Shown here: piece by piece, positions 37,587 through 46,939 of the stretch
How the letters are laid out: each line of letters opens with the position of its first letter
Numbering within the stretch: position 1 is the first letter of the stretch
Sequence record: SRR20825006_1517
Reading direction: 5' to 3' (one strand)
Length of the DNA: 64,000 bases
Notes under the pieces: model-generated
Databases searched by the model: none
What the model was told of the DNA's origin: nothing
The model's input: only the letters and a program-made list of their open reading frames with translations
Translations under genes and position numbers: made by a program

Positions 37587-39170
37587 ATGTTCAAGTATAT
37601 TAAAAATGACTTGCCTGCCAGTATTGTGGTCTTTTTTGTGGCACTCCCTCTATGTCTGGGAATTGCCTTGGCCAGTGGCGCACCATTGTTCTCGGGCCTT
37701 ATAGCAGGTATTATCGGAGGAATAGTAGTGGGAGCATTGAGCGGTTCCCAAATTGGGGTCAGTGGTCCAGCGGCCGGACTTGCCGCAATAGTTTTAACGG
37801 CAATCGGTACCTTGGGCGGATATCAAAACTTTTTGGTGGCTGTGGTCCTGGGCGGCATCATACAGCTCATATTTGGCTTTTTAAAAGCCGGTATCATCGC
37901 CTATTACTTTCCGTCTTCCGTAATCAAAGGAATGCTTACAGGTATAGGTATCATAATCATCTTAAAACAAATCCCCCACTTTTTTGGCTACGATGCCGAT
38001 CCTGAGGGTGATTGGGCATTCTTTCAGGTGGATGGAGAGAACACTTTTAGTGAAATCATCAACTCCATCAACTATATAAGTCCAGGGGCGACCTTAATTG
38101 CCATAATCGGACTGGCCATACTTGTTTTATGGAGTACCGTACTGACCAAAAAATCAAAGATTTTTGAGTTGGTGCAAGGTCCGTTGGTTGCAGTGGTCCT
38201 GGGAATCGTTTATTTTTCGGTCACAAATGACGACCCCACCTGGGGAATTTCTGCCGAGCATTTGGTAAAGGTTCCTGTTCCCGATAGCCTTGAATCTTTC
38301 TTGGGCTTTTTTAGTTTTCCCAATTTCTCGGCAATCTCCAACATGGATGTCTGGGTCACTGCGTTCACCATTGCATTGGTTGCCAGTTTGGAGACCTTGC
38401 TTTGTGTGGAAGCAACGGACAAGTTAGATCCTGAAAAACGAACCACGCCAACAAATCGCGAGCTAATGGCGCAAGGGGTTGGCAATACACTTTCCGGCCT
38501 GATCGGCGGTCTCCCCGTTACGCAAGTAATTGTACGTAGCTCCGCAAACATTCAATCTGGAGGTAAAACAAAGGCGTCCGCAATCATTCACGGGTTTTTC
38601 CTATTGGGATCGGTAATTTTGATACCCACGCTACTCAATATGATACCTTTGTCCGTTTTGGCGGCAATCCTATTTGTAGTAGGCTATAAACTTGCAAAAC
38701 CAAGCCTTTTCAAGACAATGTACCAAGCAGGATGGAAACAATTTGTCCCTTTTGTGGTAACAGTGGTAGGAATCGTTTTTACCGATCTTTTGGTCGGAAT
38801 TAGTTTGGGCCTAGGTGTTGGTATCGTCGTAGTCTTGATAAAAAGTTATCAAAATTCCCACTTTTTACATATTGAGGACAGTGGCAACGGGTCACATAAA
38901 ATAAAGATGACTTTGGCAGAAGAAGTCACCTTTTTTAACAAAGGTGCCATTTTGAAAGAACTGGACAGTATTCCAGAAAATTCTTACCTAACTTTGGATG
39001 TTAGAAAAACACGTTATCTTGACAATGATATCGTAGAAATTCTAGAAGATTTTTCAAGCAAGGCGAAGAACAGAAACATTGATATTAAAATTATTTCGGA
39101 AAGAGGTGAAATCGAAAACCCTGAAAGCTATATCGAGTTTTTTAATCTAAGACCTAAAAAAACAGCATAA
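37587..39170 (+). CDS. sulP: SulP-family bicarbonate/anion transporter
   Basis: VFFVALPLCLGIALASG, VSGPAAGL and VIVRSSANI motifs; adjacent carbonic anhydrase. Confidence 0.93.
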   Translation: MFKYIKNDLPASIVVFFVALPLCLGIALASGAPLFSGLIAGIIGGIVVGALSGSQIGVSGPAAGLAAIVLTAIGTLGGYQNFLVAVVLGGIIQLIFGFLKAGIIAYYFPSSVIKGMLTGIGIIIILKQIPHFFGYDADPEGDWAFFQVDGENTFSEIINSINYISPGATLIAIIGLAILVLWSTVLTKKSKIFELVQGPLVAVVLGIVYFSVTNDDPTWGISAEHLVKVPVPDSLESFLGFFSFPNFSAISNMDVWVTAFTIALVASLETLLCVEATDKLDPEKRTTPTNRELMAQGVGNTLSGLIGGLPVTQVIVRSSANIQSGGKTKASAIIHGFFLLGSVILIPTLLNMIPLSVLAAILFVVGYKLAKPSLFKTMYQAGWKQFVPFVVTVVGIVFTDLLVGISLGLGVGIVVVLIKSYQNSHFLHIEDSGNGSHKIKMTLAEEVTFFNKGAILKELDSIPENSYLTLDVRKTRYLDNDIVEILEDFSSKAKNRNIDIKIISERGEIENPESYIEFFNLRPKKTA

Positions 39171-39180
39171 AAAAATAGAA

Positions 39181-39807
39181 ATGAAAGCACATACGAAAGA
39201 AACACAAGCGACCATGTCGCCCAAAAAAGCCATTCAATTTTTGAAGGAGGGCAATGAGCGTTTCCAACGAAATTTAAAGGCAAACAGAAACCTTTTGGAA
39301 CAGGTAAACGACACCAAAGACGGCCAATTTCCCTTTGCCACTATATTAAGCTGTATAGACTCTAGGGTGTCTGCGGAATTGGTTTTTGATCAAGGATTGG
39401 GAGATATCTTCAGCGTTAGGATCGCGGGAAACTTTATCAACCAAGACATTTTGGGAAGTATGGAGTTTGGCTGCAAACTGGCAGGGACAAAGGCCATTGT
39501 GGTATTGGGCCATACCAGTTGCGGTGCGGTAAAAGGTGCCTGTGACCATGCCAGAATGGGCAATTTAACCAGTTTGATCAATAAAATCGAACCAGCAGTT
39601 TATGCAGTAAAGGAGCCAAAAGACGAATCCCTCAGGAACTCACAAAACCTAGAGTTTGTGGATGCCGTAGCCATGAAAAATGTGGAGATGGCCCTGGAAA
39701 ACATCAGGAACCAAAGTGTTATACTTAAAGAGATGGAAGAGAAAGGTGAAATCGCCATTGTAGGTGCCATGTACGACATCTCGGATGGTAAGGTTACTTT
39801 TCTTTAA
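39181..39807 (+). CDS. Beta-class carbonic anhydrase
   Basis: CIDSR, RIAGN and GHTSCGA motifs. Confidence 0.95.
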   Translation: MKAHTKETQATMSPKKAIQFLKEGNERFQRNLKANRNLLEQVNDTKDGQFPFATILSCIDSRVSAELVFDQGLGDIFSVRIAGNFINQDILGSMEFGCKLAGTKAIVVLGHTSCGAVKGACDHARMGNLTSLINKIEPAVYAVKEPKDESLRNSQNLEFVDAVAMKNVEMALENIRNQSVILKEMEEKGEIAIVGAMYDISDGKVTFL

Positions 39808-39826
39808 AAAATAATATACTCATTAT

Positions 39827-39859
39827 AAAAGCCGATGGAACCATCGGCTTTCTTTTTTT
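39827..39859 (+). terminator. Intrinsic terminator
   Basis: AAAGCCGATGG-AA-CCATCGGCTTT followed by a T-run. Confidence 0.85.
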
Positions 39860-39922
39860 ATTCCAGTTATTTGGAGATACCGTCTGCATTGCAGTATTTT
39901 ACCCCTTCCTTTTTGATACAAC

Positions 39923-40615
39923 ATGATTCCAATAAAATTTCCAAATGATTCCGGGCCCATTTATTTGGAAACCGTGGAAGGAAGGCTTCCCGTAGAACCA
40001 TTCAATACCTTTAGCAACTTAATCTTTTTGGTTTTGATCATTTATTGGGGAGTAAAGGTGTATAGAAACCCAAGAGAGCATCGGTTTTTGGCATGGGTTC
40101 TTCCTGTCATCGGAATTAGTTTTGTTGGAGGGACCATTTATCATGCAACACGCAGTCAAGAGTTTTGGCTTCGTTTGGATTGGATGCCCATAATGTTCCT
40201 TTGTGGGGCACTGGTTATCTATTTTATCTTCAAGCTCGTGCATTCTTGGTGACAACGGCTGGTTTGGATCATCGTCTTGCTCGGAGCTTCTTTTTTATTA
40301 CGGATTCTTCCCCTACCATCTGGGTTAAGAATTTCTTTGGGTTACATCATTACCGCTGCTACTATATTGATTCCCATCATCTGGTATTTAATCAAAACCA
40401 AAGGGAAAAATTTGGGCTTGGTGGTAATCGCCTTCCTCATTTTTGGGATTGCGATTTTCTTTCGGAGCATTGATCTACATCAAAACTTCTTTCCTATGGG
40501 GACCCATTGGCTTTGGCATCTTTTGGGTGGCATTGCAGTTCATTTTTTAATTACCTACATATTCAAGGACAATTTGCTAAATTTGTCCGCCAATAGCCAA
40601 AGTAGTCATGATTGA
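39923..40615 (+). pseudogene. CREST-superfamily (ceramidase/hemolysin III-like) membrane hydrolase with in-frame TGA at 40250-40252
   Basis: EPFNTFSN, GTIYHAT and LDWMPI before the stop; same frame continues QRLVWII...GTHWLWH after it. Confidence 0.8.
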
Positions 40616-41627
40616 TACCATAAAGGAACATATTGCCGAAGTTGAAAAATTCACTTCGACATCCAAAGAAGAAATAGAGGCTTTCCGAATCAAATATTTG
40701 GGAAAAAAAGGTCTATTGAACGGTTTCTTTGCCGAATTCAAAAATGTTCCCAACGAACAGAAAAAAGAATTTGGACAAGTGGTCAATCAATTAAAAAATA
40801 CAGCCACTGAAAAGGTGAACGCCTTAAAGGATGCTCTGGAAAATCAGGCCGAAACTGTTGGTAAATATGGCGACCTTACCCGCCCCGGCGAACCTGTTGA
40901 AATAGGAGCGCGTCATCCCATCAGCATTGTAAAGAACCAAATCATCGATATTTTCTCCAGAATTGGCTTCAATGTTTCCGAAGGACCAGAGGTAGAGGAT
41001 GACTGGCACAATTTTACAGCTTTGAATTTGCCCGAGTATCATCCGGCAAGGGATATGCAGGATACCTTTTTTATTCAAACGGACCCGGATATATTATTGC
41101 GCACCCATACCTCATCTGTACAGGTACGATATATGGAGGCCAATAAACCGCCCATTAGGACGATTTCTCCTGGACGTGTGTATAGGAACGAGGCTATTTC
41201 CGCCCGCTCGCATTGCTTTTTCCATCAGGTTGAAGGTTTGTACGTGGACAAGAACGTATCGTTTGCGGATTTGAAGCAGACCTTGCAATATTTCACATCC
41301 GAAATGTTCGGGAAGTCCAAAATCAGGTTACGCCCATCCTATTTCCCATTTACGGAACCCAGTGCCGAAGTTGACGTCTATTGGGGGCTTGAAACTGAAA
41401 CGGATTACCGTATGACCAAGGGTACCGGTTGGCTGGAAATTATGGGCTGTGGCATGGTAGACCCCAACGTACTTAAAAATTGTGGGATAGACCCAGAGGT
41501 ATATTCCGGGTTTGCCTTTGGTATGGGGATAGACCGTATTGCGTTGCTATTGCACCAAATTTCCGATATACGATTGCTCAGCGAAAATGATGTCCGCTTT
41601 TTGGAGCAGTTCAAAAGCGCACTGTAA
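40608..41627 (+). CDS. pheS: Phenylalanine--tRNA ligase alpha subunit
   Basis: HPARDMQDTF, LRTHTS, FHQVEG, FPFTEPS and GFAFGMG motifs; own TAAATTTG at 40578-40585. Confidence 0.97.
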   Translation: MIDTIKEHIAEVEKFTSTSKEEIEAFRIKYLGKKGLLNGFFAEFKNVPNEQKKEFGQVVNQLKNTATEKVNALKDALENQAETVGKYGDLTRPGEPVEIGARHPISIVKNQIIDIFSRIGFNVSEGPEVEDDWHNFTALNLPEYHPARDMQDTFFIQTDPDILLRTHTSSVQVRYMEANKPPIRTISPGRVYRNEAISARSHCFFHQVEGLYVDKNVSFADLKQTLQYFTSEMFGKSKIRLRPSYFPFTEPSAEVDVYWGLETETDYRMTKGTGWLEIMGCGMVDPNVLKNCGIDPEVYSGFAFGMGIDRIALLLHQISDIRLLSENDVRFLEQFKSAL

Positions 41628-41636
41628 ACCCAAATC

Positions 41637-42035
41637 ATGAAAAAGGATATTGAAATTCCTGTAGCCAAGGATGTCCACGTTGTGGTAATCCGGGAGTGGA
41701 ACGATAAATTTCTATCCAAAGAATGGAACGCATATCTCATCAATAATCGTTCTGACACAATAGAAATGACCATTGTAGTTTCCAAAGGTTTTGATGGGGA
41801 TAAGAAAACATCCACCATGCGTCACGGTATTGGGATCGTGGATGCAAAGTCCTTCAAAAAAATTGAGTTTTTACAAGAAGAGGTGCTAGCCCTCAACAAT
41901 GAGTTCTTTGTTACGTTTTTTGCCGAGAACAAACTCTTTGAAAAAAGGTTCCTGTTTCCCAAAAATACCATATCCGAAAACAGTCTTACCGCCATTCCCA
42001 TTATAGAAAAAGATGGGATTCTTCCTGAAGATTGA
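41637..42035 (+). CDS. Conserved Bacteroidetes hypothetical protein
   Basis: MKKDIEIP, WNAYLIN and KTSTMRH motifs. Confidence 0.8.
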   Translation: MKKDIEIPVAKDVHVVVIREWNDKFLSKEWNAYLINNRSDTIEMTIVVSKGFDGDKKTSTMRHGIGIVDAKSFKKIEFLQEEVLALNNEFFVTFFAENKLFEKRFLFPKNTISENSLTAIPIIEKDGILPED

Positions 42036-42082
42036 TTTATCAAATAAAATCAAGATTTCACTTTTAACAAACATTTAGGTTC

Positions 42083-42119
42083 AATTAGTTCGGTTAGTTC
42101 CGAACCAATTGTAAATTTG
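42083..42119 (+). promoter_or_regulatory. Inverted-repeat operator abutting the -7 promoter of the efflux operon
   Basis: AATTAGTTCGG-N6-CCGAACCAATT (one mismatch), then TAAATTTG at 42112-42119. Confidence 0.7.
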
Positions 42120-42138
42120 CGCCTTCAAAATCCATCTT

Positions 42139-42618
42139 ATGGAAAAATCGAAGGAAGAAATTGTAGAAACTATTGGTCTTCACTTAGAAGAGGAACATAA
42201 TCTACCTCCATTGGCGGCTCGAATTTATGCCATCCTAATTTTGACCGACAAGGACGGTTTGACCTTTGATAGCTGCCTAGACAGGTTAAGTGCGAGCAAA
42301 AGTTCTATATCAACTTCAATCAATCTATTGGTGAACATGGGCCTTGTCACCTATTTCACCAAGTCCGGTGACCGAAAGAGATATTTTAAAACTGCGAAGA
42401 AGAAAACTTTCTTTTTATCCAAACTCCAGGAAAACTTAAAGCGTATTGAAAGTGAAAAGCACATTATCACTTTGGTAATGGGGTATCACGAACAATACTG
42501 TCCTAAAAAATTTGAGGAAGGGCAAGTCCGCACCAGGGTATATCTGGATTATGTGAACGAAACCGAAAAAACCTTAAAAAAATCGATCAAGAAACTCGAA
42601 TCAATTTTAAATGAGTAG
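42139..42618 (+). CDS. GbsR/MarR-family transcriptional regulator
   Basis: PPLAARIY, ASKSSISTSI and GDRKRYF motifs. Confidence 0.88.
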   Translation: MEKSKEEIVETIGLHLEEEHNLPPLAARIYAILILTDKDGLTFDSCLDRLSASKSSISTSINLLVNMGLVTYFTKSGDRKRYFKTAKKKTFFLSKLQENLKRIESEKHIITLVMGYHEQYCPKKFEEGQVRTRVYLDYVNETEKTLKKSIKKLESILNE

Positions 42619-42658
42619 TCACTCCAACAACCAAAAAAATAGCAAAGTAATTTCGTAC

Positions 42659-43735
42659 ATGAAAACAATCAAATCAATCTTAGCATCATCAAGTGTACTT
42701 TTATTCATAGCCTGTGGAGGTAAAGATCAACAACAAGCCCCTGCACAGCAAGCGCCATCGCTGAAAGTAAGCACTTTGGAAAAGCAGGACATAACGCTTT
42801 TCGATTCATATTCCACCAACATTCAAGGTGTCCAAAACGTTGAGATCTGGCCAAAGGTCTCTGGTTTTGTACAGCATATTTATGTGGAAGAAGGCCAAAA
42901 AGTAACCAAGGGCCAGTTATTGTTCAAACTGGAGACACAAACCTTGTCACAAGACGCTGAAGCGGCTAAGGCTGCCGTCAACGTTGCACAAGTAGAAGTG
43001 GACAAATTGGTTCCATTGGTAGAGAAAAACATTATTAGCGAAGTACAACTGGAAACGGCAAAAGCCCAATTGCAACAAGCAAAAAGCAATTATAGCAGTA
43101 TTGCCGCAAACATTGGCTATTCCAATATTGTTAGCCCGGTAAACGGTTACATTGGCGAAATACCCTATAAAGTTGGTGCCTTGGTAAGTAGTACCATGGG
43201 AAATCCATTGACTGTGGTGTCCGATATCAGTGGTATACGCGCCTATTTCTCCATGAACGAAAAACAGCTCCTTAAGATGAAGAGCCAAATGACAGGCGAT
43301 GGGTCTACAGCTTCTTCAGAGAACGCACCAGAAGTTGAATTGGAGATGATCAATGGCGAGACATACCCTCAAAAAGGGAAGATTGCCATGGTGAACAATA
43401 TCATCAACCCAACTACCGGAAGCGTAACATTGAGGGCCGATTTTGATAATCCCAACCTTTTGTTGAGTTCGGGTAGTACAGGTACCATTAAAGTTCCATC
43501 CACTTATGAAGATGTATTTGTTATCCCTCAATTTGCGACTGTTGATCTTCAGGGCACCAAAATGGTGTACATAGTAAACGATGATAATACCGTAAAAACG
43601 GTTCCATTGACCATTACGGCACAGACCAATAAAGAATTCATCGTAAAAGATGGATTGGAAAATGGAAGCACCATCGTTACCGAGGGCGTATCCAAGCTTA
43701 AAGACGGTCAGACCATCAATCCTGTAAAACAATAA
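42659..43735 (+). CDS. RND efflux periplasmic adaptor (lipoprotein)
   Basis: Lipobox FIAC, PKVSG...VEEGQKV, SPVNG and TTGSVTLRA motifs. Confidence 0.92.
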   Translation: MKTIKSILASSSVLLFIACGGKDQQQAPAQQAPSLKVSTLEKQDITLFDSYSTNIQGVQNVEIWPKVSGFVQHIYVEEGQKVTKGQLLFKLETQTLSQDAEAAKAAVNVAQVEVDKLVPLVEKNIISEVQLETAKAQLQQAKSNYSSIAANIGYSNIVSPVNGYIGEIPYKVGALVSSTMGNPLTVVSDISGIRAYFSMNEKQLLKMKSQMTGDGSTASSENAPEVELEMINGETYPQKGKIAMVNNIINPTTGSVTLRADFDNPNLLLSSGSTGTIKVPSTYEDVFVIPQFATVDLQGTKMVYIVNDDNTVKTVPLTITAQTNKEFIVKDGLENGSTIVTEGVSKLKDGQTINPVKQ

Positions 43736-43761
43736 TTACAATCCTATAGAACAAGATATTT

Positions 43762-46700
43762 ATGTTCCAAAAATTTATAGATAGACCCGTACTCTCCACG
43801 GTAATATCCGTTATCATAGTGATATTGGGTATCCTTGGTCTTACTACATTGCCCGTAGAACAATATCCAGAGATTGCTCCGCCTACCGTTCAGGTTACCG
43901 CCAACTATACCGGTGCGAACGCCGAAACGGTACTTAAGAGTGTGGTAATCCCGTTGGAAGAGCAAATAAATGGTGTAGAGGGCATGACCTACATGACCTC
44001 ATCTGCCAGTAACGACGGTGCTGCCAACATCAGTGTGTTCTTTGAACTTGGTGTTGACCCGGATATTGCCGCGGTAAACGTGCAGAACCGTGTAGCAAGG
44101 GCCAATAGTTTATTGCCGCAAGAAGTGATCAATACCGGTGTTACCACCCAAAAAGCACAGAACAGTGCCTTGTTGTTCTTCTCCATTTTTTCTGAAAATG
44201 AGGATTATGATGCAACATTCGTAGAAAACTATGCCAAAATCAACTTGGTCCCCCAACTGCAAAGGATCAAAGGTGTAGGTAACGTTAACGTATTCGGTTC
44301 CAAGGATTATTCCATGCGTATTTGGATTTCTCCAGATAAGATGGCCGCCTATAACTTGGTACCGGCTGATATCCAAGCTGCTTTAAGGGAACAAAACACC
44401 GAAGCTGCTACGGGGAAAATCGGAGAAAATGCCGATGGTATTTTCGAATATGTGATGAAGTACAAAGGGCGATTGTCCGATGTCGCCGAGTATGAAAACA
44501 TTATTCTTAGGACCACCGATGATGGCGGGTTCCTACGACTAAAGGATGTTGCCGAAATTGAGCTGGGCGCATTGAGCTACGTTAGAAAAAACTCTGGTAT
44601 GGGAAACCCCGGTGTTGCCGTGGGGGTTTACCAAACCTCTGGTTCCAATGCAAAGGAAATCATCGATGAGATCGAGAACATCTTGGAATCTTCCAAAGCG
44701 GATTTTCCTTCTGGACTGGACTACGTAATCCCCTTTAACTCCAAAGATTTCTTGGATGCCTCGATAGATCACGTAGTCAAGACACTGATAGAGGCCTTTA
44801 TTCTGGTGTTCATCGTGGTATTCCTGTTCTTACAGGATTTCAGGTCCACACTGATTCCGGCAATCGCGGTACCCGTGGCCATTATTGGTACGTTCTTTTT
44901 CCTGCAATTGTTCGGATATTCCATAAACATGCTTACACTTTTTGCCATGATATTGGCAATCGGTATTGTGGTGGATGATGCGATTGTTGTGGTAGAAGCG
45001 GTACACGCCAAATTGGAAGAAGGTGCCGATTCCGCCAAAACGGCGACAAAAAATGCGATGAGCGAGATTTCGGGTGCCATTATATCCATAACCTTGGTAA
45101 TGTCCGCAGTGTTTATCCCTGTGTCCTTTATACAAGGTTCGTCGGGTGTATTCTACCAACAGTTCGGTATCACCTTGGCCGTGGCCATCTTGATCTCGGC
45201 TATCAACGCCTTGACCTTGAGCCCCGCATTGGCAGCGTTGTTCTTAAAGCCACATAACCACGAAAAAGGTAAAAAATCCAATTTATTGAACAGGTTTTTT
45301 AACGCCTTCAACGTTGGGTTCACGGCAATGACCAATAAATATACCAATTCCATAGGGACATTGGTGAAACGTAAATGGGTAACTCTTGCTCTTTTAGTGG
45401 GCTTTAGTATTTTGGCCATCTTCTTGTTTCGATCAACACCATCCGGTTTCGTTCCCGATGAAGACCGTGGAATGATTTTTGCCAACGTGAGCATGCCTCC
45501 GGGAACAACGATAGAAAAGACAGAGGAAACAATCATGAAACTGGATTCCATTTATGAATCCATGGACGTGATCGATGCACGGATGAGTGTTTCCGGTTTC
45601 AGTTTGTTGAACCGCGTGAGTGCAGGTTCGTATGCATTCTCCATTATGAAACTGAAAGATTGGAGCGAGAGGGATGCGGATTCACTGTCGGTAGGTGCCA
45701 CCATGCAACGTTTGTACGCCACTACCGCAGGTTTCAATGATGCCCAAATCATCTATTTCACGCCTCCCAGTATTCAAGGTTTTGGTACAAGTTCCGGATT
45801 TGAGGTACAACTACAGAGCAAGACCGGTGAGGATTGGAACTCCATCAACGATGTAAAAAATCAGTTTTTGGGCGCCCTTAATGCCAGGCCCGAAGTGCAA
45901 TATGCGATATCCCAGTTCGACCCTGGTTTCCCTCAGTTCGATTTGGACATCGATATGGAAAAAGTGAAAATGGCAGGGCTTACGGCAACCGATATTTTCA
46001 ACGCGCTACAAGGCTATTTTGGTGGAATCTACGCTACAGATTTTAACAGGTTTGGTAAACAATATCGTGTAATGATCCAGGCCAAACCGGAAGATAGAGC
46101 CAATGAAAATTCGTTGAACCACATTTTTGTGAGAAACGGTGATGGCGAATCCGTGGCCGTAAGCCAGTTCGTAGACCTGAAGAAAATATATGGCCCGGAA
46201 GTGGTACAGCGATTCAACCTATTGAGTTCTGTAAGCATTACTGGTGTTCCCAACCCAGGATATAGTACTGGTGATGCCATTACAGCAATTGAAGAAGTAG
46301 CTGCAGAGGTATTGCCGAATTCTTACACCTACGATTATTCCGGATTGACAAGGGAAGAGAGCAACGCCGGTGCACAAACCATCATCATTTTTATCTTGAG
46401 TTTGGTATTTGTTTACTTCCTATTAAGCGCGCAGTATGAAAGTTACATTTTGCCATTTTCGATATTGCTATCGTTGCCATTTGGTATAGCAGGAGCCATT
46501 CTTTTCATCAATCTGGCCGGGCTACAGAACAATATCTACTTCCAGATCGCATTGATCATGTTGATAGGTCTGTTGGCCAAAAACGCAATTTTGATCGTCG
46601 AATTTGCACTTCAGCGTAGAAAGGCCGGACTATCCCTGTTCGATGCCGCCGCAGATGGCGCGCGAGCAAGGCTCCGTCCTATTTTGATGACTTCCTTTGC

Positions 46701-46908
46701 ATTTATTTTCGGTCTGTTGCCATTGGCACTTTCATCGGGAATCGGGGCCATCGGAAACCAATCCATTGGTGTGAGTGCCGTTGGGGGAATGCTAGTGGGT
46801 ACCATTTTGGGTGTGTTCATCATACCAGTGCTCTTTGTGGTGTTCCAGGCACTTCAGGAAAAAATATCAGGTAAGCCGGAAGAACTTCAAAATGTAAACA
46901 ATGCCTAA
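43762..46908 (+). CDS. RND efflux permease (HAE1/AcrB type)
   Basis: FIDRPV, GIVVDDAIVVVE, AKNAILIVEFA and RLRPILMTS motifs. Confidence 0.96.
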   Translation: MFQKFIDRPVLSTVISVIIVILGILGLTTLPVEQYPEIAPPTVQVTANYTGANAETVLKSVVIPLEEQINGVEGMTYMTSSASNDGAANISVFFELGVDPDIAAVNVQNRVARANSLLPQEVINTGVTTQKAQNSALLFFSIFSENEDYDATFVENYAKINLVPQLQRIKGVGNVNVFGSKDYSMRIWISPDKMAAYNLVPADIQAALREQNTEAATGKIGENADGIFEYVMKYKGRLSDVAEYENIILRTTDDGGFLRLKDVAEIELGALSYVRKNSGMGNPGVAVGVYQTSGSNAKEIIDEIENILESSKADFPSGLDYVIPFNSKDFLDASIDHVVKTLIEAFILVFIVVFLFLQDFRSTLIPAIAVPVAIIGTFFFLQLFGYSINMLTLFAMILAIGIVVDDAIVVVEAVHAKLEEGADSAKTATKNAMSEISGAIISITLVMSAVFIPVSFIQGSSGVFYQQFGITLAVAILISAINALTLSPALAALFLKPHNHEKGKKSNLLNRFFNAFNVGFTAMTNKYTNSIGTLVKRKWVTLALLVGFSILAIFLFRSTPSGFVPDEDRGMIFANVSMPPGTTIEKTEETIMKLDSIYESMDVIDARMSVSGFSLLNRVSAGSYAFSIMKLKDWSERDADSLSVGATMQRLYATTAGFNDAQIIYFTPPSIQGFGTSSGFEVQLQSKTGEDWNSINDVKNQFLGALNARPEVQYAISQFDPGFPQFDLDIDMEKVKMAGLTATDIFNALQGYFGGIYATDFNRFGKQYRVMIQAKPEDRANENSLNHIFVRNGDGESVAVSQFVDLKKIYGPEVVQRFNLLSSVSITGVPNPGYSTGDAITAIEEVAAEVLPNSYTYDYSGLTREESNAGAQTIIIFILSLVFVYFLLSAQYESYILPFSILLSLPFGIAGAILFINLAGLQNNIYFQIALIMLIGLLAKNAILIVEFALQRRKAGLSLFDAAADGARARLRPILMTSFAFIFGLLPLALSSGIGAIGNQSIGVSAVGGMLVGTILGVFIIPVLFVVFQALQEKISGKPEELQNVNNA

Positions 46909-46939
46909 TTATCCTTTGATCAAACAAAGTATATCAACC

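Noticed and set aside
40250-40252. UGA recoding (alternative genetic code or selenocysteine)
   Set aside because: Other genes here end in TGA (e.g. at 4380, 5192, 11049), no SECIS-like hairpin is evident, and the context suggests Trp rather than Cys.
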